NCBI RefSeq assembly: GCF_025526975.1
Contig: NW_026515696.1
Coordinates: forward strand, 372,001-414,133
Reading direction: 5' to 3'
DNA from: Fimicolochytrium jonesii
Lineage: Eukaryota
Length of the DNA: 42,133 nt
The notes below the pieces were generated by a model. The model did not search any database, was not told where the DNA came from, and saw only the letters and a program-made list of their open reading frames with translations. Each line of letters starts with the position of its first letter. Position 1 is the stretch's first letter. The position numbers were made by a program, and so were the translations under genes. Shown here piece by piece: positions 23,537 to 36,900 of this stretch.

Positions 23537-24097
23537 TTGGAGCGTCTGATGGGTGGAAGTACCACTCTGAACTACAAACTCGACGATACCGAGCGTCTGG
23601 TCGCCGGTGCATACGAGAATGCGTATACTCTCAAATTTTTTTCAGACCATTCCGAAAAACTATCGTTCGATGGGTGTCTTCAAATCATTACTACGAGTGA
23701 TGGAAATCATGCAACAAAAACAAATTGCAACATCCCCCACTTAACAAAAGGGAACGCGGCTGTAGTAGCGTTTTACGACGTGAATTTCGAACTGCCTGCA
23801 TCGGAAGATGAGGGCAGGAGACACGAACGTTATGTTATCAACGTTTTGGACCTCTTAGACAAAGATGAGAAGAAAGCCGAAAGACAATTAGAGAACTTCA
23901 CTACATATCAAGCAAAACGAAGCTATGGATTGAAGGGGGTGTCCTTCGACGTCGGCTTGGACCAAGATTGGTGGAAGGGCAGTCTCGATTTGAGTGTCTT
24001 CGAGTCTGAGAGAGATGCCCACGTCAAACATCTAGCGTTGTACAAGCAGGGCGAGATATACTTAGTCAAGAAGAGGGAGTGCCCCATTTACACCTAG
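23537..24097 (+). CDS. Hypothetical protein or terminal exon (~186 aa)
   Basis: Open frame with globular-protein-like composition, divergent from the kinase. No motif recognised. Confidence 0.45.
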   Translation: MERLMGGSTTLNYKLDDTERLVAGAYENAYTLKFFSDHSEKLSFDGCLQIITTSDGNHATKTNCNIPHLTKGNAAVVAFYDVNFELPASEDEGRRHERYVINVLDLLDKDEKKAERQLENFTTYQAKRSYGLKGVSFDVGLDQDWWKGSLDLSVFESERDAHVKHLALYKQGEIYLVKKRECPIYT

Positions 24098-24116
24098 CTA
24101 GTCCCGTACTCTTTGA

Positions 24117-24204
24117 CCATTGTCTTCTTCATCGTGCATGATTGTTTTACTTTTACTCATTGTCTTTTGCCATTGTCTTCTTTATCGTGTATGATTGTTG
24201 TACT
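24117..24204. repeat. Short imperfect direct repeat (~35 bp x2)
   Basis: CCATTGTCTTCTTYATCGTGYATGATTGTT occurs at ~24117 and ~24170. Confidence 0.75.
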
Positions 24205-25059
24205 CAATGACATTCCATGTTTTTCTACCCTCGTCTTTGGGGGCTGACGGCTTCTGATGCCAACCGTTTGGATATGACTTCCCTGTGTGATTTGCATACT
24301 ACTGATACTACATTACACACAATAAAGTTTTCTCGGTAGCGTCCATATGTAACTCATCCTGACTCACATTCTTTCCACTTGCAGTCACGTGCCTGTCTGT
24401 GCTTTAATTGTTTTAGTCTTTTTCCGTTCGAACTAGATTTGAATCTCGTAGTGTTCAAACCAAATTTGATTCGCGTTAGAATCGCTCGGATCAATTTGTG
24501 TTTCTTTTCTGTTCAAATCGCTCTGATCGCTCCCTGCCGCACTGATGAAGTCCATTTTCAGTCCTTCATATCTCAAGTGGAGAACTCGTCCAGCATCTCG
24601 AAATGTTGCCGATATTTGCGACGCTTCCCATCGAGATGATGGAGGAAATTTCTAGCTGGTGCAATTATATCAACACACTCCAGAGTTCCTCGCCCCTGCA
24701 GGTTGTTGCATAAAAGCACAGCGACCCGGCAGCATGATATATGCAACCGCGTCGATGAGTACAAGATCAACTACAACGAAGTACCACTGTTGAGTTTTCC
24801 CACGATGTATATCAGGGATGACTACCTTGCGAGGACTCGTTTTGCCACACCATATGTTCTCGAAATCTTCATTACACTGGATGAACCCGAGAGTAGACTT
24901 GAACGGCATAGAGGATTCTTTGAGCAGCCTGATAATGTTCCCACCGGGGAATCATCTACCCGGACCCCAACCTCTTGGCCGAATGAGCAAAATCAAAGGA
25001 ACCAAGTTCAAACAAGTACGGCACAAGTCCCCTTGACATTTGTCCGGTGTAATTTTATA

Positions 25060-26722
25060 AACCTAGGGTTCCTTGCTCATGACGAACCCGCGGACGCACT
25101 CCATACATGGAGACAATGGCAATATATTTGGTGGATAATTCCTAGGGATATGGAGCGAAACACGCTTCTGTCTAAGAGAGTCCACGGGACCGGGGGTTCT
25201 GGCCCTTCTTGCAAGTTTCCTATACATATGACTATGTCTGTTGGTAAAATGGTTATATGGGTCAATTTATCAATTTATTCTCCCGTTCCTTAGGAAACTC
25301 TTGGGAACCGTAAAACCCTTAGACCCCCTGGACCCTTATTTTTACTTCCATTCTTCTGGAAAGAAGAAAGAGTAAAGAAAGGAAGTATGGAGAGGCTCCA
25401 CCGGGTTTGAGAGATGAACCGAACCCGGCACCCCTCGGAGTCTATTATAACCTATACCCGCATGCTCTGAGGTACCTGGGGCGGTCCTCTCCTTCGAACC
25501 CTACCCGTAACCCTAACCAGCAAAATGAATGTATTGGCGACATCCTCAACATTACTGTTCGGTTCAACGTTCGGACCTGTCCGTACCAGCAAAATGACCA
25601 TGAAGTTTCGTGGCATTGACATACAATTGTCCAATATTGGATCCAATTTCTGATACCGGGAATTCTTGATTTTTGGTGCTCACTGTCTTGATTCACGACA
25701 CTGCTGATTGCTATTAATACCTTTCTGTGGCCTGTCATGATTTAATGTAAATTCCACAGTTATCGGAGTGTAATATTGCTATCGGGTGATATTTTTATTC
25801 TTATTTTCCCGTTTCGCGTAATTGACATTTTTGTCTGGGCAACAAATTTATACTTTCATTGACCGAACCGGATTTCATCCAGCTCCTTTACATACTGTTT
25901 AATACATGGAGTTATTTAGCTTTGACTGTGCAAATGGTGTACAGGCAGCTTTTTCAGTCAGCTAGCTTGAGTAATACTAGGGTTTACTGTACAATGAAAT
26001 ACATCCAGAGTAGATGGTTGCTGGGGGCGACGGGAAGACGGAGTAAATCTCACCATGTTGAAAAATGGGAATGACTGCGAGCAGAGACGAGTGCGGCAGA
26101 GCGCTACTGGCAGAAAACGAACCACATACTGTCGATCACTTGCCGTGCAAAACATTTTCGACACCACAGGGAATCTTGCTTCACATTACTGATTAAGACT
26201 ACCTTTCATATCAACACCTGCGGCGAACACGACAAGATTGACAGCACGTTCTGTTCTGCAGGTGATTCCCGTTTGCATATCGGACATCACCGACATGTTT
26301 CCGCCATGCAGGAGTTTCACAAACCTATGTGAAACCTAGGTTCCTTGCTCATGATGAACCCGCGGACGCACTCCATACATGAAGACAATGGCAATATATT
26401 TGATGAAAATTTGCATCAAGATGAAGCCAATAGTGCCTCCATAAAAGAGAGTCCACGGGACCGAGGGTCCTGACCCTTCTTGAAAGTTTTCTATATATAT
26501 TACTACATCTATTGATAAATTGGTTATATAGGTCAATTTACCAAACTGTTCTCACCTCTCTATATGAAACTCTACGGAACGGTAAAACCTTTAGACCCCC
26601 CGGACTCTCTTTTTTACTTCCATTCTTCTGGAAAGAAAAAGTAATGAAGAAAGGTTATTCTCTTGAAGCATGGAGAGGGTCCACAGGTTTCACGGAATGG
26701 ATTCTGGCCCGGCACCCTTTGG
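25060..26722. repeat. Diverged local duplication of ~380-390 bp (~25060-25437 and ~26332-26722)
   Basis: Shared blocks in the same order: GGTTCCTTGCTCATGAYGAACCCGCGGACGCACTCCATACATG, AAGAGAGTCCACGGGACCG, TTTTTACTTCCATTCTTCTGGAAAGAA, CCCGGCACCC. Confidence 0.85.
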
Positions 26723-27133
26723 ACTCGAACTACCCGCGCAACCAGGAATCTACTGCAATTACTTGTGTCCGATTAACCATCACCCCCACTCGCGACACGT
26801 AACCCACAGGAGGAATATTTAACGACCACTCAGTGCCGTTGCCATTTTTGAAAAACCATCTCATACTTGAAGCCTTTCTAAGGGTACCAAAAGCGAACGT
26901 TTCACTGTCAAGCTATATCCTGCTGCATACAAATCTATTGTCTCTGTTTGCTTGTTCAAAGTTTTGCGAACGATATATGGACTTGCTTTTGGTAGTGGCT
27001 ATCAACGTTGATCACAATACTGGTAGTTTTGTAGTCCCTTTCCGACCCCTAACTTTAGGTATTCGCTAGCCGCATCGATTGTTACCGTCTCATTCTTTCC
27101 ATCGCGCACCGTTGATCTGCCGGACACAGTATC

Positions 27134-27664
27134 TGTTATGGACGACGCGTCCATACCATGCGCTTACCTCATGACAGCATCCCAACAGTCAGTCAATGTC
27201 AATTCCCTGTCAATACCTGACATCTGCCAAACCTCGCAGCCGCACGCAGCCGCGCTACCCCACACCTGCCACTGCCTTCATTTCTCCACCCAGCCGCACG
27301 TAGCCACACCTCCCAACACTCGGCGCTTACAAACCCTTCTCCATACTTCCCCACGTACCCGCCCACAGCCTCAGCGTAGCCACCCCATCCCCAGTCTTCT
27401 GTTTCTATGCTCTCCCCACCCTTGGCGCTTCTCTTGGCTTCCCTCTCATTCCGTACCCTTCTGCTTCCCCACGCTTCCCCAGCCTTCCCAGAAAAGCATA
27501 AATAGCCGCCTCCCCTGAGCTCCCCACTTCCTGATCCCCCAGCAGATCAACACCAGTTCTTCCTAGTCTTGTTCTAGTTCTTGTTTCGGTCTGAATACCA
27601 TTACCTGTCAACAACCTGCACCACAAGTCGCCTCTATTTCCGTCGGCTCCGCCCATTCATAACA
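27134..27664 (+). repeat. LTR 1 (531 bp)
   Basis: Ends TGTTATG...CATAACA (7-bp terminal inverted repeat); near-identical to LTR 2 and LTR 3. Confidence 0.95.
27497..27504 (+). promoter_or_regulatory. TATA-like box in the LTR (CATAAATA)
   Basis: Lies ~40 bp upstream of the inferred transcript start (27541) and is present in all three LTRs. Confidence 0.5.
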
Positions 27665-27676
27665 GTTTGATCTGCT
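27665..27676 (+). promoter_or_regulatory. Self-priming primer-binding site
   Basis: TTGATCTGCT just after the LTR is complementary to AGCAGATCAA at 27541-27550 inside the LTR. There is no TGG tRNA-type PBS. Confidence 0.8.
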
Positions 27677-27715
27677 CAACAACCCCCAGCCGCTGTGCCT
27701 CCACGCCAAATCACC

Positions 27716-30700
27716 ATGTCCGACGCCCTTCCCCTCACGGCCGAAGCCTGGCAAGCCATGTGCAATGCGATTGACGAACTTCGAGCGCAGAATACCACCC
27801 TACAAGCCGAACTAGCGCAAACCCAGACCACTGCCCCTGCCACTCACGCCCCCGAACCCAAAATCAGTCTCCCAGACAAATTTGATGGCACCGGAAGCAA
27901 GTTCCGTGGGTTCCTCAACCAGATCCGGCTCATGTTCGCCCTCCAACCCAGGCGCTACCCCAACGATCAGACCAAGATACGAACTATTGGCACCTACCTC
28001 ACTGGCACCGCCCAGGCCTGGCTGGCGCCCCTTGTCGAACAGGACCATCATTCTCTTACGAACCTGGATGATTTCATCCAGCAAATGCAAGCAGTCTTTG
28101 GAGACAGCAACAGGATCCGCACGTCCGAAAACAAGCTCCAGAACCTTCGACAAACCCGTGCAGCAACAGAGTATGTAGCTGAATTCCGACAGCTGCAATA
28201 CGATGTGTCGTGGAATGACCAGGCATTGATTGCCACCTTCCGTCGCGGCCTCAAAGAAGACGTCAAGGACTTAATGCTCACGATGCCCCCTACCGCCTCA
28301 ATCGACACAGTGATGGAACAGGCCATCCAATGTGACAACCAATTGTTTGAGCGCCGCCTAGAGCGAAGCAGGAACCGACAGCCATATGTGCCAGTTACCA
28401 CTAGCCCCACCCCCATGAGCCCCGACAACCGCCCAGACGACCCTATGGTCATTGACGCTGCTCGTCCGCGAGGACCCCTCACACCGCTAGAGCGCCAACA
28501 CCGCATCACAAACAAACTTTGCCTCTATTGTGGTAAACCTGGCCACATAGCCAAACTCTGCCCAAACAAGATACGCACGGCGAATGTCGCGGTTAAGGAA
28601 CCTGCACCCATCCAGGATTTTGCCCGAAGTCCAGCTGCAGTAAAGGCCGAGCAGCTGGGCAACACCTGTCCTGGGCCTTCTCACCACGCAAGTACTGCCA
28701 AGGGAGAAGCCACAAAACCTTGCTCCGATCCTGGCATCTCCAGCAACACCCTTCTCCTGACCACCAACAATGTCAATCTCCGATCTGAGATACCCTCACC
28801 CATGCGGATTTTGGGCCCATCCTCACCATTCGAGTACCCTGTTACCCTGCAGATATCGGCCCAGCGAGCTCCAGTTCAGCTTTCAGCACTACTTGACACC
28901 GGTGCGATTTCGTGCTTCATCGACGAAAGTTATGCCCGCAAGCACCGCATCCCACTTGTCAAGAAGGAGGACCCCATTGCGCTTGAACTGGTTGACGGAC
29001 GTCCCAGCCATGCGGGCTCCATTACCCATCACACCCAACCTTTGGGCATGTGGGTCAACGACCATTTTGAGGAGGTGGTATTCCATGTGACATGTTCCCC
29101 GCATGCGCCAATCATCCTGGGGCTTCCCTGGCTTGAGCTCCATGATGTGGAGCTACACTGGAAGACTCGCACTCTTTGCGTCCGCTGCCATTGCGGTTTT
29201 GGACAATACGCCTCCTGGGATGCCCTGCCAACAGAACCTTGCCCGAAGCCCTCAAGAACCCCTGAACCTCTGATCCGTATCGATCAAGACGAGATTTCAG
29301 TCTCCCTAGCCCAGACACCCAACACACTGGACCCAGCACCCACACCGATCCACGTATCGTTTATCAGCGCCCCAGCTTTCCGTGTGGCGGCAAGGCATGA
29401 CCAGGCATTCATTGCCTACGCCAATGCGACCAAGTCAGATTCCCAAGCCCTGGCGACCACTCCTCCAAAAGATCCGAAGGCCATCATTCCTGAAGAATAC
29501 CAAGATTTTGCGGACGTCTTCGCCAAGAAGAACGCGGATACCCTCCCAGAGCACCGACCCTACGACTGTCCCATCGACTTAGAAGAGGGCAAACAGCCAC
29601 CGTTCGGGCCCGATCTATAGTCTCAGCGAGCCTGAAATGCAGGCACTCTGTGACTACCTTGAAGAGAACCTAGCTAAGGGGTTCATCAAGCACTCCAAGT
29701 CTCCCGCCGGTGCCCCAGTCCTCTTTGTCAAGAAAAAGGACGGTTCCCTCCGTCTGTGCGTCGACTATCGTGGACTCAACAATATCACCATCAAGAATCG
29801 CTATCCCTTGCCCTTGATTAACAGCATCATGGATCGTCTTCGAGGGGCACGCCGGCTCACCAAGATTGACCTCCGGGGAGCCTACAACCTTCTTCGGATC
29901 CGGCCAGGGGATGAATGGAAGACAGCGTTCCGATGTCGCTACGGCCTATTCGAGTATAATGTCATGCCGTTTGGGCTCACCAATGCCCCTGGAGTATTCC
30001 AACACCTCATGAACGACATATTCCGTGACATTCTCGACGTTTTTGTTGTGGTCTACCTTGACGACATTCTGATCTTCTCAAAAAACCCAGAAGACCACCC
30101 CAACCACGTCCGAGAGGTGCTCTCACGGCTCCGCCAGCACGGGCTGTATGCGAAACCGGAAAAATGCGAATTCAACCGTGACTCTGTTGAGTTCCTGGGG
30201 TTTATCATCTCCCAGCAAGGCATTTCCATGGACCCAAAGAAGACGGCTGCCATTACCGAATGGGAACCCCCGACGAATGTCAAAGGCATCCAGCGCTTCC
30301 TTGGTTTTGCCAACTTCTACCGGCGATTCATCAAAGGGTACTCTGCGATCGTTGCACCCCTGACCACGCTCACTTGCAAAGACTTGCCATTCAAATGGAC
30401 CCACGCTGCACACCTAGCTTTTGAACCCCTCAAGAAAGCCTTCACCTCCGCACCTATCCTGACTCACCCCGACCCTGACAAGCCCTTCATTGTCGAATCC
30501 GATGCCTCCGACTTTGCCCTTGGCGCCGTCCTCCTTCAACCCGATGACACAGATCAACTCCACCCCGTGGCCTTTCACTCCCGCAAATTTACTCCTGAGG
30601 AAATCAACTATGAGATCTACGACAAGGAACTGCTGGCTATCCAAGACTCATTTGCTCAATGGCGACACCACCTCATTGGTGCCCGCCACAAGGTCATCGT

Positions 30701-32478
30701 TTACTGTGACAACAAGAACCGCCAGTACTTCATGACTACCCGTACCCTCAACCGCCGCCAATCCCGCTGGTCAATCTTCTTTGCTGATTTCGACTTTGTC
30801 ATCACATACCGCCCAGGTACCCAGCAACACCAAGCTGACGCCCTCTCTCGTCGCTCTGAATACGAGCTAAGGGAGGGGGAAGAAGCATTCCGCTCCCAGG
30901 AAACCACGATCCTCACCCCTGACCATCTCCGCCTGGCCGCCACTTATCTGACCCCACTGGACTCCTCGCTCCTTGACCAAATCAAAGCTGCCCTGGCATC
31001 CGATGTGTTTGCGCAAACCATCCGGCGACAGCTTAGGGCCCCCATTGCCCAGCAATCTCAAGAAGACCAAGAACGGATAAAGCGATTCTCCGAGGAAAAT
31101 GGGGTTCTGCTGTACGACAACCTTGTCTACGTCCCCACCAACAAGCTCCGTGCTGAGATCTGCCGGGACATGCATGACACGCGTTTGGCAGGACCCTACG
31201 GCATGTCAAAGACCCTGGAGCTCATCTCACGCAACTACTGGTGGTCTAGCCAGTGGCGTTTTGTCAAGTCCTACATCAGGTCCTGCGACGTATGTGCTCC
31301 AAGACCAGCAGACACAAGCCCTACGGACTCCTCCAACCCCTGCAGGTCCCTGACCGCCCCTGGGGGTCAATTTCCATGGACTTCATCACGGATCTACCTG
31401 CCAGTGATGGGGTTGATTCTGTGCTCGTTGTCATCTGCCGGTTCACCAAGATGGCGCACTTTGTACCGTGCAGGAAAACTGCCACCGCTGAGTCAACTGC
31501 AGATCTGATCCGGCACCATGTCATCCGGCTTCATGGACTCCCCGACGATATTGTATCTGACCGTGGCCCACAGTTCAACTCCCACTTCTGGAAACGTCTC
31601 TTCGCTCTCCTGGGAACCAAGGTCAACCTCTCATCGGCGTTCCATCCCCAGAGCGATGGACAAACCGAGCGGACCAATCAGATTCTTGAGCAATACCTTC
31701 GCTGCTTTTGCAACTATCAACAAGATAACTGGAAGGAACTCTTGTCTTCTGCTGAGTTCTCTTACAATAACACCATCCACTCCGCCACCCAGACAACCCC
31801 CTTCTACGCCAACTATGGGTTCCATCCTCGATTCAGTCTGGCTTCCGCCACCACAACCGAATCCCTTAATCCTGCAGCCGAAGCTCGTGCCAATCATCTC
31901 AAGGAAATCCATGAACAGCTTGCCACTGAGCTCAAGGAGGCCCAAGGACGCATGAAGCGCTTTGCCGATGCTAAGAGGGCACCTGGCCCAGACATGAAAC
32001 CCGGGGACAGTGTCTGGCTCTTACAGCGGAATCTCAAGACTCTCCGACCTTCCCAGAAACTTGATCACCGTAAGATTGGCCCCTTCACAATCACGGAGAA
32101 GATCAACTCGGTCACATATCGCCTCAAGCTTCCCCCATCCTACAAAATTCACAACGTCTTCCATGTCTCCCTTCTTGAACCACGTTTCACCATTCCGGAG
32201 CGAACTGAGCCAGAACCCACCCCACCAGAAGAAGTCGAAGGACAGGAGGAATGGATTGTGGAAGACATTCTTGACTCCCGTATTCGACGCACGCACCTTC
32301 AGTACCTCATCAAGTGGCAGGGTTGGCCAAGCTCGGAGAACACATGGGAGCCAGTGGAACACCTTGCCCGATGTCAAGAGCTTGTTGCCCAGTTCCACCA
32401 AAAGTACCCCGACAAACCCCGACCAAAGCCTGCCAACATCAAACAACATCCGGACGCCGTGGCTAAAGGAGGGGGTGA
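27716..32478 (+). pseudogene. gag-pol, unit 1 (frameshifted)
   Basis: Contains the CCHC knuckle [14 protein letters not shown], protease LLDTGA, RT YLDD, RNase H DAS, integrase SMDF/SDRG/QTE, GPF and a chromodomain. Frameshifts at ~29607 and ~31298. Confidence 0.92.
32465..32478 (+). promoter_or_regulatory. Polypurine tract
   Basis: AAAGGAGGGGGTGA directly before LTR 2; repeated at 37803-37816. Confidence 0.85.
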
Positions 32479-33009
32479 TGTTATGGACGACGCGTCCATA
32501 CCATGCGCTTACCTCATGACAGCATCCCAACAGTCAGTCAATGTCAATTCCCTGTCAAAACCTGACATCTGCCAAACCTCGCAGCCGCACGCAGCCGCGC
32601 TACCCCACACCTGCCACTGCCTTCATTTCTCCACGCAGCCGCACGTAGCCACACCTCCCAACACTCGGCGCTTACAAACCCTTCTCCATACTTCCCCACG
32701 TACCCGCCCACAGCCTCAGCGTAGCCACCCCATCCCCAGTCTTCTGTTTCTATGCTTCCCCACCCTTGGCGCTTCTCTTGGCTTCCCTCTCATTCCGTAC
32801 CCTTCTGCTTCCCCACGCTTCCCCAGCCTTCCCAGAAAAACATAAATAGCCGCCTCCCCTGAGCTCCCCACTTCCTGATCCCCCAGCAGATCAACACCAG
32901 TTCTTCCTAGTCTTGTTCTAGTTCTTGTTTCGGTCTGAATACTATTACCTGTCAACAACCTGCACCACAAGTCGCCTCTATTTTCAGTCGGCTCCGCCCA
33001 TTCATAACA
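32479..33009 (+). repeat. LTR 2, shared by units 1 and 2
   Basis: Preceded by the PPT and followed by the PBS. Confidence 0.95.
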
Positions 33010-33060
33010 GTTTGATCTGCTCAACAACCCCCAGCCGCTGTACCTCCACGCCAAATCACC

Positions 33061-33987
33061 ATGTCCGACGCCCTTCCCCTCACGGCCGAAGCCTGGCAAG
33101 CCATGTGCAATGCGATTGACGAACTTCGAGCGCAGAATACCACCCTACAAGCCGAACTAGCGCAAACCCAGACCACTGCCCCTGCCACTCACGCCCCCGA
33201 ACCCAAAATCAGTCTCCCAGACAAATTTGATGGCACCGGAAGCAAGTTCCGTGGGGTCCTCAACCAGATCCGGCTCATGTTCGCCCTCCAACCCAGGCGC
33301 TACCCCAACGATCAGACCAAGATACGAACTATTGGCACCTACCTCACTGGCACCGCCCAGGCCTGGCTGGCGCCCCTTGTCGAACAAGACCATCATTCTC
33401 TTACGAACCTGGATGATTTCATCCAGCAAATGCAAGCAGTCTTTGGAGACAGCAACAGGATCCGCACGTCCGAAAACAAGCTCCAGAACCTTCGACAAAC
33501 CCGTGCAGCAACAGAGTATGTAGCTGAATTCCGACAGCTGCAATGCGATGTGTCGTGGAATGACCAGGCATTGATTGCCACCTTCCGTCGCGGCCTCAAA
33601 GAAGACGTCAAGGACTTAATGCTCACGATGCCCCCTACCGCCTCAATCGACACCGTGATGGAACAGGCCATCCAATGTGACAACCGATTGTTTGAGCGCC
33701 GTCTAGAGCGAAGCAGGAACCGACAGCCATATGTGCCAGTTACCACTAGCCCCACCCTCATGAGCCCCGACAACCGCCCAGACGACCCTATGGTCATTGA
33801 CGCTGCTCGTCCGCGAGGACCCCTCACACCGCTAGAGCGCCAACACCGCATCACAAACAAACTTTGCCTCTATTGTGGTAAACCTGGCCACATAGCCAAA
33901 CTCTGCCCAAACAAGATACGCACGGCGAATGTCGCGGTTAAGGAACCTGCACCCATCCAGGATTTTGCCCAAGTCCAGCTGCAGTAA
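33061..33987 (+). CDS. gag: Gag, unit 2
   Basis: Intact 308-aa ORF with a retrotransposon gag domain and a CCHC knuckle. Confidence 0.9.
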   Translation: MSDALPLTAEAWQAMCNAIDELRAQNTTLQAELAQTQTTAPATHAPEPKISLPDKFDGTGSKFRGVLNQIRLMFALQPRRYPNDQTKIRTIGTYLTGTAQAWLAPLVEQDHHSLTNLDDFIQQMQAVFGDSNRIRTSENKLQNLRQTRAATEYVAEFRQLQCDVSWNDQALIATFRRGLKEDVKDLMLTMPPTASIDTVMEQAIQCDNRLFERRLERSRNRQPYVPVTTSPTLMSPDNRPDDPMVIDAARPRGPLTPLERQHRITNKLCLYCGKPGHIAKLCPNKIRTANVAVKEPAPIQDFAQVQLQ

Positions 33988-36900
33988 AGGCCGAGCAGCT
34001 GGGCAACACCTGTCCTGGGCCTTCTCACCACGCAAGTACTGCCAAGGGAGAAGCCACAAAACCTTGCTCCGATCCTGGCATCTCCAGCAACACCCTTCTC
34101 CTGACCACCAACAATGTCAATCTCCGATCTGAGATACCCTCACCCATGCGGACTTTGGGCCCATCCTCACCATTCGAGTACCCTGTTACCCTGCAGATAT
34201 CGGCCCAGCGAGCTCCAGTTCAGCTTTCAGCACTACTCGACACCGGTGCGATGTCGTGCTTCATCGACGAAAGTTATGCCCGCAAGCACCGCATCCCACT
34301 TGTCAAGAAGGAGGACCCCATTGCGCTTGAACTGGTTGACGGACGTCCCAGCCATGCGGGCTCCATTACCCATCACACCCAACCTTTGGGCATGTGGGTC
34401 AACGACCATTTTGAGGAGGTGGTATTCCATGTGACATGTTCCCCGCATGCGCCAATCATCCTGGGGCTTCCCTGGTTTGAGCTCCATGATGTGGAGCTAC
34501 ACTGGAAGACTCGCACTCTTTGCGTCCGCTGCCATTGCGGTTTTGGACAATACGCCTCCTGGGATGCCCTGCCAACAGAACCTAGCCCGAAGCCCTCAAG
34601 AACCCCTGAACCTCTGATCCGTATCGATCAAGACGAGATTTCAGTCTCCCTAGCCCAGACACCCAACACACTGGACCCAGCACCCACACCGATCCACGTA
34701 TCGTTTATCAGCGCCCCAGCTTTCCGTGTGGCGGCAAGGCATGACCAGGCATTCATTGCCTACGCCAATGCGACCAAGTCAGATTCCCAAGCCCTGGCGA
34801 CCACTCCTCCAAAAGATCCGAAGGCCATCATTCCTGAAGAATACCAAGATTTTGCGGACGTCTTCGCCAAGAAGAACGCGGATACCCTCCCAGAGCACCG
34901 ACCCTACGACTGTCCCATCGACTTAGAAGAGGGCAAACAGCCACCGTTCGGCCCGATCTATAGTCTCAGCGAGCCTGAAATGCAGGCACTCTGTGACTAC
35001 CTTGAAGAGAACCTAGCTAAGGGGTTCATCAAGCACTCCAAGTCTCCCGCCGGTGCTCCAGTCCTCTTTGTCAAGAAAAAGGACGGTTCCCTCCGTCTGT
35101 GCGTCGACTATCGTGGACTCAACAATATCACCATCAAGAATCGCTATCCCTTGCCCTTGATTAACAGCATCTCTTCGAGGGGCACGCCGGCTAACCAAGA
35201 TTGACCTCCGGGGAGCCTACAACCTTCTTCGGATCCGGCCAGGGGATGAATGAAAGACAGCGTTCCGATGTCGCTACGGCCTATTCGGGTATAATGTCAT
35301 GCCGTTTGGGCTCACCAATGCCCCTGGAGTATTCCAACACCTCATGAACGACATATTCCGTGACATTCTCGACGTTTTTGTTGTGGTCTACCTTGACGAC
35401 ATTCTGATCTTCTCAAAAAACCCAGAAGACCACCCCAACCACGTCCGAGAGGTGCTCTCACGACTCCGCCAGCACGGGCTGTATGCGAAACCGGAAAAAT
35501 GCGAATTCAACCGTGACTCTGTTGAGTTCCTGGGGTTTATCATCTCCCAGCAAGGCATTTCCATGGACCCAAAGAAGACGGCTGCCATTACCGAATGGGA
35601 ACCCCCGACGAATGTCAAAGGCATCCAGCGCTTCCTTGGTTTTGCCAACTTCTACCGGCGATTCATCAAAGGGTACTCTGCGATCGTTGCACCCCTGACC
35701 ACGCTCACTTGCAAAGACTTGCCATTCAAATGGACCCACGCTGCACACCTAGCTTTTGAACCCCTCAAGAAAGCCTTCACCTCCGCACCTATCCTGACTC
35801 ACCCCGACCCTGACAAGCCCTTCATTGTCGAATCCGATGCCTCCGACTTTGCCCTTGGCGCCGTCCTCCTTCAACCCGATGACACAGATCAACTCCACCC
35901 CGTGGCCTTTCACTCCCGCAAATTTACTCCTGAGGAAATCAACTATGAGATCTACGACAAGGAACTGCTGGCTATCCAAGACTCATTTGCTCAATGGCGA
36001 CACCACCTCATTGGTGCCCGCCACAAGGTCATCGTTTACTGTGACAACAAGAACCGCCAGTACTTCATGACTACCCGTACCCTCAACCGCCGCCAATCCC
36101 GCTGGTCAATCTTCTTTGCTGATTTCGACTTTGTCATCACATACCGCCCATGGTACCCAGCAACACCAAGCTGACGCCCTCTCTCGTCGCTCTGAATACG
36201 AGCTAAGGGAGGGGGAAGAAGCATTCCGCTCCCAGGAAACCACGATCCTCACCCCTGACCATCTCCGCCTGGCCGCCACTTATCTGACCCCACTGGACTC
36301 CTCGCTCCTTGACCAAATCAAAGCTGCCCTGGCATCCGATGTGTTTGCGCGAAACCATCCGGCGACAGCTTAGGGCCCCCATTGCCCAGCAATCTCAAGA
36401 AGACCAAGAACGGATAAAGCGATTCTCCGAGGAAAATGGGGTTCTGCTGTACGACAACCTTGTCTACGTCCCCACCAACAAGCTCCGTGCTGAGATCTGC
36501 CGGGACATGCATGACACGCGTTTGGCAGGACACTACGGCATGTCAAAGACCCTGGAGCTCATCTCACGCAACTACTGGTGGCCTAGCCAGTGGCGTTTTG
36601 TCAAGTCCTACATCAGGTCCTGCGACGTATGTGCTCCAAGACCAGCAGACACAAGCCCTACGGACTCCTCCAACCCCTGCAGGTCCCTGACCGCCCCTGG
36701 GGGTCAATTTCCATGGACTTCATCACGGATCTACCTGCCAGTGATGGGGTTGATTCTGTGCTCGTTGTCATCTGCCGGTTCACCAAGATGGCGCACTTTG
36801 TACCGTGCAGGAAAACTGCCACCGCTGAGTCAACTGCAGATCTGATCCGGCACCATGTCATCCGGCTTCATGGACTCCCCGACGATATTGTATCTGACCG

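Noticed and set aside
27111..27120. PBS-like GTTGATCTGC just upstream of LTR 1
   Set aside because: It is a short match with no adjoining LTR or gag sequence; probably chance.
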